Position numbers and translations under genes: made by a program. DNA of 64,000 nucleotides from Mytilus californianus. Its lineage: Eukaryota. Of the stretch, positions 12,666 through 25,261 are shown in pieces (position 1 is the first letter of the stretch; every line of letters starts with the position of its first letter). The stretch spans positions 47,678,001-47,742,000 of the forward strand of contig NW_026262723.1 in assembly GCF_021869535.1 (NCBI RefSeq), in the 5' to 3' direction. Under the pieces are notes generated by a model. The model searched no databases. It was not told the DNA's origin and worked only from the letters and a program-made list of their open reading frames with translations.

Positions 12666-14902
12666 ATTTCCTTACATATCTAAACAAAGTTCCCTGAAAT
12701 CACAAACAACTTCCCCACTTGAAGCTTTGTTTCCACTACTGATACTAAGAGAAATTTAGATATTCCCCCCTCCCTCAATGAAAGAAAACGACCAGTCCCA
12801 AAGATTAAAACTAGAGAAATTACAAAAAAATGGTGTCGGTTTCGGATTCTGATAGCTTGATATAGACTTTGGAAAAAAAAATTCTTAAAAAAATTAAGTA
12901 TAGGAAAATATCATGTATATAAAATATCGTTTCATCCAATTGTGTTGTGTAAAACAATTATTCTTTCATTGTTTTAAGCTTTCCATTATAAAATTTTATC
13001 TACTGGTACATTTTTTCAGGACAAAATTATCCAAGGAACAAAGTTGCTCCTGTTGTTATCGCGATAGAATTCCTGTTAAATTTGAACCAAAGCCAAATTT
13101 AAAAAAAAGGTAAAATAGAAACAAAGCAAATCGGGTAAACATCTTTACGTGTTCTTCTCTGCTAATCTTTTATTTTTGGTATCAATTTTTAAATGTTCAA
13201 ACTGAAACCATACAAGACTTTTCAAAGCTATAACAGTTAAAAACATTAAATAGAATCAATCGAACGCAAGATCGTTAAAGTTACATGTGTATCACCATTA
13301 CGGTCTTGTTTTCGACGCTAAAATGTAAAATATTCATTAGTTCATACATGTGATATACATGTATATGAAATGTTAGTTCGCTTTTTTAAATCTACAGGCG
13401 TTTAATGCCACAATGTATTTTCTTCGGAGTATAAATAAATATTAACATTCTATATCCTAATGATCATGAGGTATCCAAGAATACAAATATATGTATTATC
13501 AATAATTGTTATTATAGATTAGATTTAACGCATACGATCGACTCCCAAGTAGATACACCCTGGGAATTAGCTGATAACAAGACTGTCAATGATATCATAT
13601 AGAATATTTAAAGTTATTAATAATAAATAATAACCGGGTTACTGCTCTCAACATATTATTAATTGTCAAGTATTAATTCTAAACTCAACATATATATAAG
13701 GATTGAAATTTAATAAAAAAGACTCATCAGTGACATTTAGATTCTTAAACGTAGAAATCACAAACAATTGAACTTTAGTTTAAATAACAAATTTGAACTA
13801 AAAACTCCAACTTAAATGGCCGATTAGATAAACACATTATGTTCTGTTACAATGTTTTAGCTACAAATGTTTTTTCCGGATTTATTCCTTGTAGAAAATA
13901 AATTAATTTTCCGATAATGCGCTTGGTGTTTACGCAGATTTGTACAATGACTGTTCAGGCAATTCAATACAAAACCTTTTGTACACTCGGTTAAATAAAA
14001 CGATTACTGAACACAGTGATGACGAACTAAGCAGTTAGGAAGCACATGGTTTGAAAACTATGGAATTTACTGCATTCGAAATGTTTGACGTTTGATTACA
14101 AGACTGAGAATGGCTTTATATCCTATCGTACATCTATCGAAATCGATTCAATCAAAATGACAGTTTCATATCAAAATCTGTTCAATATTTATTTTTTTTC
14201 TAAAGACGTTTTTTCGTTTTGCCATCAGACAGTTATTGTCTGTTTTTAATTGCATCAGTGATGACAGGGACAAAAAAAAAGAAGGAAAAAAGTAGCGTTT
14301 TAAAGTTTTAAAGCTGAATATTGAGGAGTAAAATTAAGGTAAAAGTAGTTTATCGGTGTACAAATCTTATACATTGACAAAGAAGAAATATCAATGGAAC
14401 AAACATAATCTGAGGGAATCGGACGAACTAAAATAAGGAGCGAGACTGGGTGCGTCGACAGTGTAGTCGTCACCTGCATCACCTACAATGCGAATCCACA
14501 ATTAGTCAAAATGTCACAATCGGGCTTAGGAAACAACCGATAAGAATACAGATTAGACAATTATTCTGGTTTCCAAAGAATTAAGACTGCGAAAATTTAG
14601 CAAATAGTACTTAGATCTAGAGCTACATGTATAAAAGAGCTTTTTAAAAAAAATATTTTCGATTTTCTTTTAAATGATTCAAGTAATAATAATGTCAAAT
14701 GTTTCGTTTTCGCTTCCTTTCTTTTCCTTCTTTCTTTGTCTTTGTCTTTTCATTTTTATTCCATCCTCCAATTGACAAGAATACCCTTATAACTAACAAA
14801 ATTAAGGAAATATTTATTCATTTTACCACTAATAATAACCCCCCTCTTTAAAAATCGAGAGCAACTATTTCTACAACTGTATTATTTATTTAATAGACAG
14901 CA

Positions 14903-15047
14903 TTTTTGTTTAGGGGCCAGCAGAAGCCCGCCTTCGGGTGCGGGATTTTCTCGCTGTGTTGAAAACCCATTGGTGGCCTTCGGATGTTTTCTGCTCTTTG
15001 GTCGGGTTGTTGTCTCTTTGACACATACCTCATTTCCATTCTCAATT
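14903..15047 (+). mobile_element. Family F 3' end
   Basis: TTAGGGGCCAGC...GGTCGGGTTGTTGTCTCTTTGACACAT...CATTCTCAATT, shared with 46350-46492. Confidence 0.85.
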
Positions 15048-15689
15048 ATATATTACATACTTGTAACATATATTTTGATACTTTGAATACCATAGACTAT
15101 CATTTTTTCTGATATTGGACGATTTTTGTATGCACCCATATAGCATTAGCTAGGACAAAGAAAGCCTCTAATAAACCTTCTAAAAGTTCCGAATAACGTT
15201 TGAACCCCAAATACACATACAAATACACAGTCACAGACATAAACACAAACTCACAAAATAACATGCCATGTTAGTTTTTCAAACAAGACTACGCTTCGTC
15301 GAAAGAATTTTAAAACCAGACAATTACAAACAGGACAAAATGCTGATAACTGAGTGATAACCAAAAATAAAGCTACATCATGTAATCTCTAAACAAGTGT
15401 AAATTATATTTCAATATGAACATTCACCCAATGAATTATTTACCTTGAAAATAACAATTTAAAAATTTGAAAGTCAGGGATATATAAGTAAATTATTTTC
15501 ATTTACCTGTGTTTAAAGTAATTGCAAATGGCTGATATTTTTGTTCGAGCATATTATTTTTCTTAAATTGTTTAACATTTCATAGCAGTTTAACATGTTA
15601 CTTTTATTATTCTTCCCTTAGTTTATTTATTTTGTATTTACATTGTATCATAGGTCAAATTTATTTGTTCAGTGTATGTTCACTGGTGT

Positions 15690-16098
15690 TGATATGTCCT
15701 TTGATTGAGTTAAGTCATTTCAATTGAAATTTTATAGTGTGACTTTCTATGTTGTGATGTTACACTATTGTTTCAGAAAAAGGGTGAAGGTTTGGTACCA
15801 TTAAAACGTTTAAACCCGCTACAATTGTTTGCACCTGTCCTAAGTCAGGAATCTGATGTTCAGTAGTTGTCGTTTGTTGATGTTGTTCATAAATGTTTTT
15901 CGTTTCTCGTTTTTTATATAGATTAGACCGTTGGTTTTCCCGTTTGGATGGTTTTACACTAGTAATTTTTGGGGCCCTTTATAGCTTGGCTCCGTGTTGA
16001 AGACCGTACTTTGACCTATAATGGTTTACTTTTATAAATTTTGACTTGGACGGAGAGTTGTCTCATTGGCACTCATACCACATCTTCTTATATCTATT
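15690..16098 (+). mobile_element. Family B variant (B')
   Basis: Same architecture as family B with a diverged sequence; ends CATACCACATCTTCTTATATCTA. Confidence 0.8.
15773..15856 (+). ncRNA. Twister-like ribozyme (type P5), core apparently intact
   Basis: P5 TCAGA/TCTGA; P2 ACCC/GGGT; L1 GAAGG; TAA; T1 GC/GT; P4 CCTG/CAGG; L4 TCCTAAGT; T2 CCT/AGG; predicted cut at 15811/15812. Confidence 0.75.
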
Positions 16099-16329
16099 GA
16101 CGAGTACTATAATCACAAGGGACTTAAGACGAAAAGCAAAATTCATCTATGATCCACTTTGCCTGTAGATAAAATGTGTGCTGAAGATAAATTGTGTATG
16201 AAAAACTTTTTCCCCAGATCACGATAAAGAAAAGTATTTCTAAAACATTTTTTGCGGTGATATTGGTTGAATAATAAAACAAAAATAATAACGAAAAATA
16301 TAAAAGCAACAATAAAGGTACTAGTTCGA

Positions 16330-16575
16330 TTGATTGATTGATTGAATTTTGGTGTTTTAACTTTTAAGCACCGCTTTTGGGCTATTTCGTGGCGGCCAGT
16401 TTTATTGGTGGATGAAGCCGGAGTGCCCGGAGAAAAACACCGACCTTCGATATGAAAACTCACAATCCTAGTCAATTAAGATTGGAGTCGAGTGCACCCG
16501 CACGAGCTGGGTTTGAACCCACAACCTCAGTGTTGACTGGCTAGTAATTACAATAGTAACTACCACCGAGGCCCG
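16330..16575 (-). mobile_element. Full-length tRNA-derived SINE with 13 bp TSD (one mismatch)
   Basis: Reverse complement of 5673-5935; (TCAA)n tail; GGTACTAGTTCGA at 16317-16329 versus GGTACTACTTCGA at 16576-16588. Confidence 0.9.
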
Positions 16576-18301
16576 GGTACTACTTCGAAAAAGAAGTACA
16601 TAAAGGTAACCGTACATATATAAAAGATTTGAAAATTTACTTACTGTTATGTTATTATTTGTTTGTATTAGAAAAACAACTTAAAATATTTTCCAACTTT
16701 AAAGCCTTCTTTGTAGAAGTGGTAATAACGGTTTTTACAATGCATTAATTCCAAGTAAAATGGAAAAGAATCAGTTTGTGGTTTTAACCGTTAAATGAAT
16801 GTTTGATATCTTCTCCAAATCACTCAATTGTATAAATGATCAAAGTTATGAAACGAATTATGATAACATGAATCTTAGAGTAACTTTATTGGCAATTTAG
16901 TTATAAAGTGGTTTCTTGCTTTGAATGTTTGTTGCAAATGTGATGTTTTATATTCAGTTCTGGTGTGTTTTATAACCATAAGAATATTAAAAATGTTATA
17001 GTTTTATGTCCACGGTGATCATTGAATTTCCACATTCATTGTTTTAAAGTATTTCATGGAAAACTATTGTAAATATTGCAACTATTTAAAACTATTTAAA
17101 AAAGAATGAATTCAATCCTCCGAGAGAATCAGTGCTTGATTTTATATGAGGTTCAGTTATATTTCATAACTAACCAAAGGCAGTAACCCAAATATGTAAA
17201 AAAAACCAAACAACGTAAGGACAATTAAGCTAATAGCTATTATTTATGCTTCAGGTTTTTTTTATAAGCGACATTTTACTTCAAATCTATATATTACACC
17301 TATATCTATTTGAAATATGTAAGAAGATGACAATCCCTTTCTTCTTGATTAAGTACAAGCGTTAGCTTCACAATTAGCCTCGTGTCTTTGATGAAATTTA
17401 AAATAACAAAAATACCGAACTCCAAGGAAAATTCAAAACGGAAAGTCCTTTATAAAATGGTAAAATCAAAAGCTCAAACACATCAAACAAATGGAAAACA
17501 ACTGTCATATTCCTGACTTGGCACAGGCATTTACTTATGTAGAAAATGGTGGATCAAACCTAGTTTTTAAAGTTAGCTAAATACTCACTTGTATGACAGT
17601 CGCATAGAATTCTATTATATTGACAACAATGTGTGAGCAAAACAAACAGACATAATAGGTAAAAATGTCAAAAATTGGGGTTCAGCAGTCAACATTGTAA
17701 TATAATCTTAATCACTATAAAACAAATAACTATTTCAACAAAGAAAAACAAAATGGCATATAGACAAAGTACATAAGCAAAAATGAAAGACAAGAATATA
17801 AAATTGACCATAGCACAATCACACAATGGCGGGATGTATAACTACCGAGCCACGCCAAAAGAATATTACAAAAATGGACTAAACAGTAAAGGTTAAAATT
17901 GTACAAGGACAAATAAAAGAAACACTATAACACGTAATTAAAATGATAAACAACGTCTGTATCTCGAATCTATACTTCAAGACCATCATGTATTATTTGT
18001 GAAGTTGATACGGAATATTTATCAACAATGTCTTGGTATCTTCCAATGAACTTTTTTTTAGAAAAAAGGACGACACGTTCTTTGACATAACCTTGGCTTA
18101 CAACTTTCTGCTCTGACACTGGTGACGTTTTATAAGGTCTGAATAGCAGCTGCAAGCTCTTGAATACCGAATAAATTGGGGAATGTATAGCCCATATGCA
18201 GGTGAAGTTGGTATGTTGCTGCTAGTTGGGGAAATTTATAATTTCAAAATCAAAATCGTCTCGTTTGTCGTAGATTCTGGTACTGAGATTCCCGCTTATG
18301 T

Positions 18302-18600
18302 CAATAAACTCATCATAGATACCAGGATTGAAATTTTATATTTACGCCAGACGCGCGTTTCGTCTACAAAAAACTCATCAGTGACGCTCGAATCAAAAAA
18401 TATTAAAAAGGCCAAATAAAGTACGAAGTTGAAGAGCATTGAGGACCAAAAATTCCTAAAAGTTTTGCCAAATACAGCTAAGGTAATTTATTCCTGAGGT
18501 AGAAAAGCCTTAGTATTTCAAAGTTTTTTTAACAGTTAATTTATATTATGAACATATCAATGATAACTCAAGTCAACACAGAAGTGCTGACTACTGGGCT
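18302..18600 (-). mobile_element. Non-LTR retrozyme-like repeat carrying a hammerhead ribozyme
   Basis: Same family as 18875-19365, 34225-34700 and 35565-35852. Confidence 0.85.
18343..18390 (-). ncRNA. Minimal type I hammerhead ribozyme, intact core
   Basis: CGTCA-CTGATGA-GTT-TTTTGTA-GAC-GAAA-C-GCGC-GTC|TGGCG; stem I CGTCA/TGGCG; palindromic stem III; cut at 18350/18349. Confidence 0.88.
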
Positions 18601-18874
18601 CAAATTCGAGGTTTAAGTTTAAAATTGAGGCAGAGGAAACCGTGTATGTTGTTTCTTAAATTACTAGTTCTGGAGGATATATTAATGGAACCCATTCAGA
18701 AAAATTTGGATTGTTAACGGAAAGAACATCATCAGTATATCTGGCTTTTTTTATCGTCTTGTTTTTGACAAGTATCTGAAGGAACCCCGACTCATATGAA
18801 AATAAGAAGAGGTCCTCATATGAAAATAAGAATAGGTCGGCAAGGAGAGGCGCACACTTCGTTCCCATAGGAAT

Positions 18875-19365
18875 GATGAGTTTTTTTTTACAACCACTGC
18901 GTCGATGCCACTGCTTGTAGAGGTTTCCTCTCCGAAGGTATCACCAGCCCAGTAGTCAGCACTTTTGTTTTGATATGAATTATCATTGGTATTGTCATAT
19001 TTATAAATTAACTGTTCACAAAATTTGAATTGTACGGAAAACGCATGATTTTCTACCTTAGGAATAGATTATCTTAGCTGTATTTAACAAAACCTTTCGG
19101 AATTTTTGGTCCTAAATGCTCTTTAACTTCGTACTTTAATTGGCCTTTTAATTTTTTTGATTCGAGCGTTACTTATGAGTCTCTTGTAGACGAAACGCGC
19201 GTCTAGACTTGTATCTTTGATGAGTTTCTTTTACAATCACTGAGTCGATGCCTCTGCTGGTGGAAGTTTCCACCTGGAGTGTATCACCAGGTAATTTTTC
19301 AGCACTTCTGTTTATCATTTATCATTAATATTGTCATATTTGTAAATTAACGAACACAAATTCAC
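18875..19365 (+). mobile_element. Retrozyme-like repeat, about 1.4 head-to-tail monomers (344 nt period)
   Basis: GATGAGTTT recurs at 18875 and 19219; hammerhead at ~19165-19206 with CTTATGA (core G mutated). Confidence 0.85.
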
Positions 19366-20589
19366 AATACAAGAACTAGTCGTTTTAAAACTTTCTCGAA
19401 ACTCACTTCCGAAAGCCCGAAGCTAGTTAATAAATTATATTTGAATACAAATTATATTTCTTGTTGGGAAGTATACTGGTTTTGATACTGATTCGTAGCA
19501 GTGCAGAGCAAAGGTGAGAAGTAAACAAAATGAAATTGTTACTTTGACTTACAAACATTTCCAGCTTTATAAGTATGTTGGAAGGCAAAATACTAATACA
19601 CAGTTTGTTTTATTTATATAAATCAAATATTATCTTAAAATCAACAAGAATTAAAAATCCGCTAGTTGTTGACTCTTCATTGAGTAACATTGTTGCAAAG
19701 CAGTACTACTGCCCGACAAGAAAAAAAACCTGTTTCAAGTTACAATTTAAGTGTAAAATAATGATTCTGGAAAGGTCCATAACTATGTTACATGTGAAAT
19801 AAGAGGTATCGAATCAACATATTATCATTATGCAATCCAGGATTAGAATATATTTCCTGATTCGATTAAATCTATCTCCCAGCTACAAACATAAAACTTT
19901 ATCAAATGTCTCTTGGAATGTGAAAGTGAAGAACGCAAAAGAAACGTCGCCTATAGATAAAAATATTGTTTTAATGATTGATGCGTACCATCATGTTCCC
20001 CTTATATTTGATTAACCACATTAAGCCGATACTTATAAAGGACCTCATTGGAACCAAATTGTATGGCTTTCATAATATAAAAATATTAGCATTGTCTTAC
20101 GGTATTGTAGCTATAATGACGTGCTTTTGTTTTACTTTTAATTGAGTAGTTTATTTTTAACTACCTATGTATATTGTTGATGTTTTAACCTAAATAAACT
20201 TGACCTTTTACGTAATATATAATATTTTCTTTATTATTAATCATATTGAATGGTACAGTTCGTAAAAGTCTTTTTTCATTCATTGAAATATAAAGCTGAA
20301 ATCAATTAAAAAAAAATGCACTGCCTTTTCATCCTTTTTACTGCCTTTTCCAGAAAAGTAGACATACGAAAATTATTTCTATGTGATTTGAAAGCATAAT
20401 TTTTGTTAAACTTGAAAATGTTAAGAAAGCCGAAAATGAACACTTTTGATTGCATGAAAACAAAACCCTTTAACATATTTCTAAAATACATCTTAAAGCT
20501 GCATCAGCTTCGATTTTGACATTTAAGTTGAAAAGAAATTAAGCCTGTTTAATTTCTTTAATATATTAACCAGAAAAGATTATTGCATA

Positions 20590-21250
20590 ACAAAACGGTC
20601 TTAGTCAACAGTTAGGTTCAATTTTGTTCAATATGCTTAAACTACGCTGAAATATTATTGTCATGCAAGGCATTACTTCGACCTCATTTGGTCCAGTATT
20701 CATGCAACCTATGATGGTACCTCAGTTTGGATATCGATTGCCAATGTGCTCAGTAATTGAAAAAAGAATATCAGATGAGAAAAGTGAAACTATGTTAGAA
20801 AGCAGGAAGACTGGTTTTGTTGACTGATTCGGTCACAAAAAAATATTCTTATACTTGTAAACGATTTTAGTTTTTCTAGATTTTTTTAACCTTTGATTTT
20901 AGATCAAACGGAATAAAACCGTTATCATATTAGAGCACTTGCAGTCAATGTCTGTCTATTTATATTTATTCTAATATTTATGTTTATATTGATATCGGGG
21001 TCAAATAACCACTGGTAATCTTCGGAGATTATGGTAATAGTTTATAAGGAACATCGATCCAGTCTCAAAATACCCACTTCTACGGTATCAATCGAATTAA
21101 GAGTTTGAGTCAATTTGATGTTGTGAATTTGGCAGTTTTAAATGCCGCTTGAAATCAACTCTTCCTGAGTGAGCTGAAAACTTATTCCAAGTTCAATAAT
21201 ATACTTATAAACTGGAAATTTACCATAAAATGGGTGATCTTAATCATGTT
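20590..21250 (+). mobile_element. Degenerate MITE, same family as 26324-27030
   Basis: GGTTCAATTTTG...AAAGTGAAAC...GATTCGGTCACAAAAAAATATTCTTATAC. Confidence 0.5.
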
Positions 21251-22174
21251 AGTACCGACAACTGGCTACTGAGAGGATACAAAACATACTTTTGTAGCAA
21301 CAACAACGTTCATGTTTCTTGTTCAAGTAAATACTTTGTCAGACTTTTAACTTTACTCTTGGGCACTTTTGACCATTAACACTTAGATTGGTACTCTAAG
21401 AAAGTGTCATAAGTATCCTGTTTTTTTTAATAACATCTACTCTATATAGATTTTTAATATCAACTTCATTCTTTTATGTAAACAAATACCAAAGTAAAAC
21501 TGTAAAAACGAAAGTCAGACAAGTGCATTACCCCAGACACAATTTGAATGTATTATTCACTAAACAGGCAGGAAAATAAAACGTTCAAATACAATTTAAT
21601 AGATTTTAGAACTCATATTTTAAAAGTGAGTTATGCATTGTTTTGTTATATATCTTTCGTTAGAAATTCAATGAATGTAGTATTATCTCATAACAGTTTG
21701 TTCAAATCCCTTTGTTAGACACGGTGTCGTCTTAAACATTACATAATTAGTTATTCTTGCTATTTTTACTGTGGCTCAATGACCCTTAAGAACGAAAAAG
21801 AATAGTTTGAGACTTAACTACAGATATGTCTTGTTTTCAAATCACTTAGCATCATAAACGTTCATAATAATGTAACAATACAATGCAATTTAGAACCTCC
21901 AAGTACATTTATAGTCAATGTCTTTTGACAGCAATTCGTTGCTTTAATTTTCAATTTCTATGATCGAACTAATGTATAATCTTGAATTTGAGGACCAAAG
22001 AAAATGCTCTATACAACATTATAAGCTCTATTAAATTTTACATTATTGATTATATTCAATGATTCGGTTTTATGAATAGTAGTAACTATTTAATAGTTTA
22101 TGTTTTAAACAAAAGCAATACAGTTTAGATATATAGGTTATACAGTTTCTAACAATCAGTGGTACGACACAGTG

Positions 22175-22560
22175 ATATAAATAAGAAGATGTGGTATGAG
22201 GGCCAATGAGACAACTCTACATCAAAGTCACAATGTATAAAAAGTAAACAATTATAGGTCGAAGTACGGCCTTCAACACGGAGCCTTGGCTCACACCGAA
22301 CAGCAAGCTATAAAGAACCACAAAATTACTAATGTAAAAAAAATCAAACAGGAAAACCAACGGTCTAATCTATATAAAAAAACGAGAAACGAGAAACATT
22401 TATGAACCACACCAACAAACGACAACCACTGAACAACAGGACTTTGGACAGGTGCATAAAAATGCAGCGGGTTAAAACGTTTTACCAGCCGCCAACCTTC
22501 ACCCTAACCTGAGACAGTAGTGTAACATTACAACATACAAAGACACACTAAAAATGATCA
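22175..22560 (-). mobile_element. Family B' repeat, twister motif degenerate
   Basis: Minus strand GGGTGAAGG...AAAACGTTTTAACCCGCTGCATTTTTATGCACCTGTCCAAAGT. Confidence 0.8.
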
Positions 22561-22899
22561 ATTGAAATGATTATTTCAATTCGCATATTCGTTATTAGTC
22601 AAATAATTTGACAAATATTAAATATTACAGGGGGTTTCGCTGTCAAATTAGTGTTCGCCGATGTGACTCAAAATCTCATATTTGTTTCATAGCATACTAA
22701 CAGTTTATCAAAATTATAAAAACTCATAAAGAAACAATAAACAATGCATGGACTCGTTATGATGGATCAGCATGTGATGTGTGTTTTTGCACAGACGTCA
22801 TCTTACTAACCATCGAGATGACCTCCGAAGAATGCCGATTGTCATACGCCACGATGTTAACATAAACATAAATATAAATACACTTACAACATTGTGCAA

Positions 22900-23250
22900 T
22901 TGTATAAAGGCAATTTTTCTAGATCTGTTTGATTTCATGGCAGTGAATAAAAAAATATTTAAATATTAAAATTGTTTTTTTGTGTGCACAATCAGTCATC
23001 AGTGAACGAAATGGATCCTCCCCGTTGCTTCCTAGTTTCACTTCCAATTTGACTTTTGTTCTTTTTAATAAATGAACATGCTTTACTCCTGCGTAACCCA
23101 TTCCTAGTTCAGGGTTAAATCGAAGGTCGGATGAATACGTATTGAAATAAGTTGAATTATTGACTTGCAAGCCAATAATACATTACCGATGTTTTAAGCT
23201 TATTTTGACGAAATTGAATCAAAATGACTGCTTATAGAGTAACATCATTT
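22900..23250 (-). mobile_element. Degenerate MITE, same family as 26324-27030
   Basis: Minus strand TTCAATTTCGTCAAAATAAGC...GTCAATAATTCAAC...AAGCATGTTCATTTATTAAAAAGAA...AAGTGAAAC. Confidence 0.55.
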
Positions 23251-25261
23251 TAAAATTCCGCTATCATAAATGTTTGAATCAGAGAAAATCGTATTTTTAT
23301 TTTGTCAAAAAATCGTAGTTAATGCCTCTTTATTCGATTGTGCCATTTAAAAGTGTGATTGGAAATTGAAAAAACCATATACAAAAAGGAAGAAGCAAGT
23401 AAAGATGGGTTGACATCTTCAGAAAATATATGCCTCAATATTTCAAAAAGAAATTCGAAAGTTTAAAAACTCAACTGAACAAAATGTATATATAACAATA
23501 ACCCTATGTGTCTAACCATAACCTTTTGTTATAACCACCTACATTAACAGTAATAAAGTAGCCATATAGTGGTTTTTATGAGACTTAGGGCTATCTTTTT
23601 CTTAAATGCTGTATACCTATTCTTTAAAACAGTACTGTTTCCTAAGTTAAACGATTCGTCATGATGCACAAGTCTGCTCTTTTTGTGGCCATGGAATCTA
23701 GAAAAGTACAAGCCCAGTAGATCTTCCGGTAGAACTATGAAATTTCAAAACACGAATCACAAGGTAGAAGATAAATAATTATATAAAAACCAAGCAGAAT
23801 CAGATGGGAGAAGAAACAATACTTCACATAAATGACCTTTAAACGCAATGAAGGTTACATCAGTAGGATAATTTTTGAAAATACATGACAGGAACAGATC
23901 GGTTTGAAATGAAAAAAAGTCCCTAATTTTGGCAACAAAAGTAGCCTGACATGAAACCAACCATTTTATACAATTAACATATTAGACAAAAACAATTATT
24001 AAAATTATTCGAATATATCGTGACGTAAACGTGATAGTTGGCTTCTTTAAATAATAACAAAAACAATACCAAGCTGCGCTAGAATGATATACATCAGACA
24101 TTTCCATCTGAAACCGTTTCTGTTGAATTTCTTGCTACATACATGGTAAATTTGTGGTTTATATCTTCCTGTATTACACGAAGTCATTTATCTAATTTTC
24201 AGGTACTTCGTGAACTTAAGAACGACATAGGATAATTGTATTCATATGATCAAATATAAACTAATTCGTTAGATCCTCGAATGTTGAATAATAAAATGCA
24301 ATAAATAAAATAATGTTACATTACCTTCTAAAAGTAATTTAACCAAAATCCATGATTCCATGGCTTAACACTGTCACAGAGAAGACAAGATAGCCACTGT
24401 TCACCACATTTTTATAAAGCATTTACTGTATCAAATTAGTTTGCATTCAACTAGCTAGCTGTGTTACTGAAATATTTTGAATCCAATTTGATGAAACATA
24501 CTCGATATCTATACACTTGTTTAAACGTTGCAATTAATGTCATGAAAAATTTGCTTCAAAATAAATAAATATATATCATATCCTAATGACGTCTCCATGT
24601 ATACCATTATTATCGGCGTTTTCCCATTTATTATAATAGATTAGTTTAAAGTGTCTATTGAACTTGTAAACCGATCCTACCCTGGGAATAAACTGACCAC
24701 AGGGAAGTCATAGATGTCATTTTCGATACTGTTATAACAATAGAACTATCGTCAATCGTAGCCGGTTAACTTACTATTATTAACTATATAAAAATACGGA
24801 GATGTGATATACTTGACAATGAGACAACAATCCACTAGTCCATGGCATAACTGTAAGCAAGTCTGGTTCCCTAAAATTCTACAATTTTGAGGAAAAACAA
24901 CATATAAAAAAGACAGACTGTTACGATTTCAACTATTCTCTTACCATTTGGAAATGCGTCATAGGTTTGGGTGATTCATGAAATTCAAATGAAAATAGCT
25001 AGTTAATAATATAATTACACAAAAATACCCATAAACAAGTCGCGTTCTTCAACCATCGAACAGTTGTCTCTAGTTTTACCTTCATCATCGATGAATTGTT
25101 GTACAAATGTCAATCAAAATACAATAATGCCTTTCCGAAGATATCCTGTTCATTATTTAAAAGAGAAGCTTGACATAGATAAGGATGCCTACAGCTAAGT
25201 AAAAGCATTCATTTAAACTTTGCAAATTAAGCGGGTTTTCTTTCAAGCGAGTATCGGTATC

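Larger units (their letters stand above)
17395..18875 (-). mobile_element. Penelope-like element, family C: RT core and C-terminus plus a 3' UTR with a degenerate twister motif; interrupted by a retrozyme at 18302-18600
   Basis: IPMGTKCAPLLADLFLFSYE..RYTDDVLSVNNPNF..IYPPEL..LEF|DISGNLSTRIYDKRDDFDFEIINFP..PAYG..IRYSRACS..KFIGRYQDIVDKYSVS..GLEV*; twister remnant at 17501-17600. Confidence 0.85.

Noticed and set aside
13699-13734. AAAAGACTCATCAGTGAC as a further hammerhead
   Set aside because: Only half of the core remains (deleted retrozyme remnant); the GAAA and GTC side is missing.
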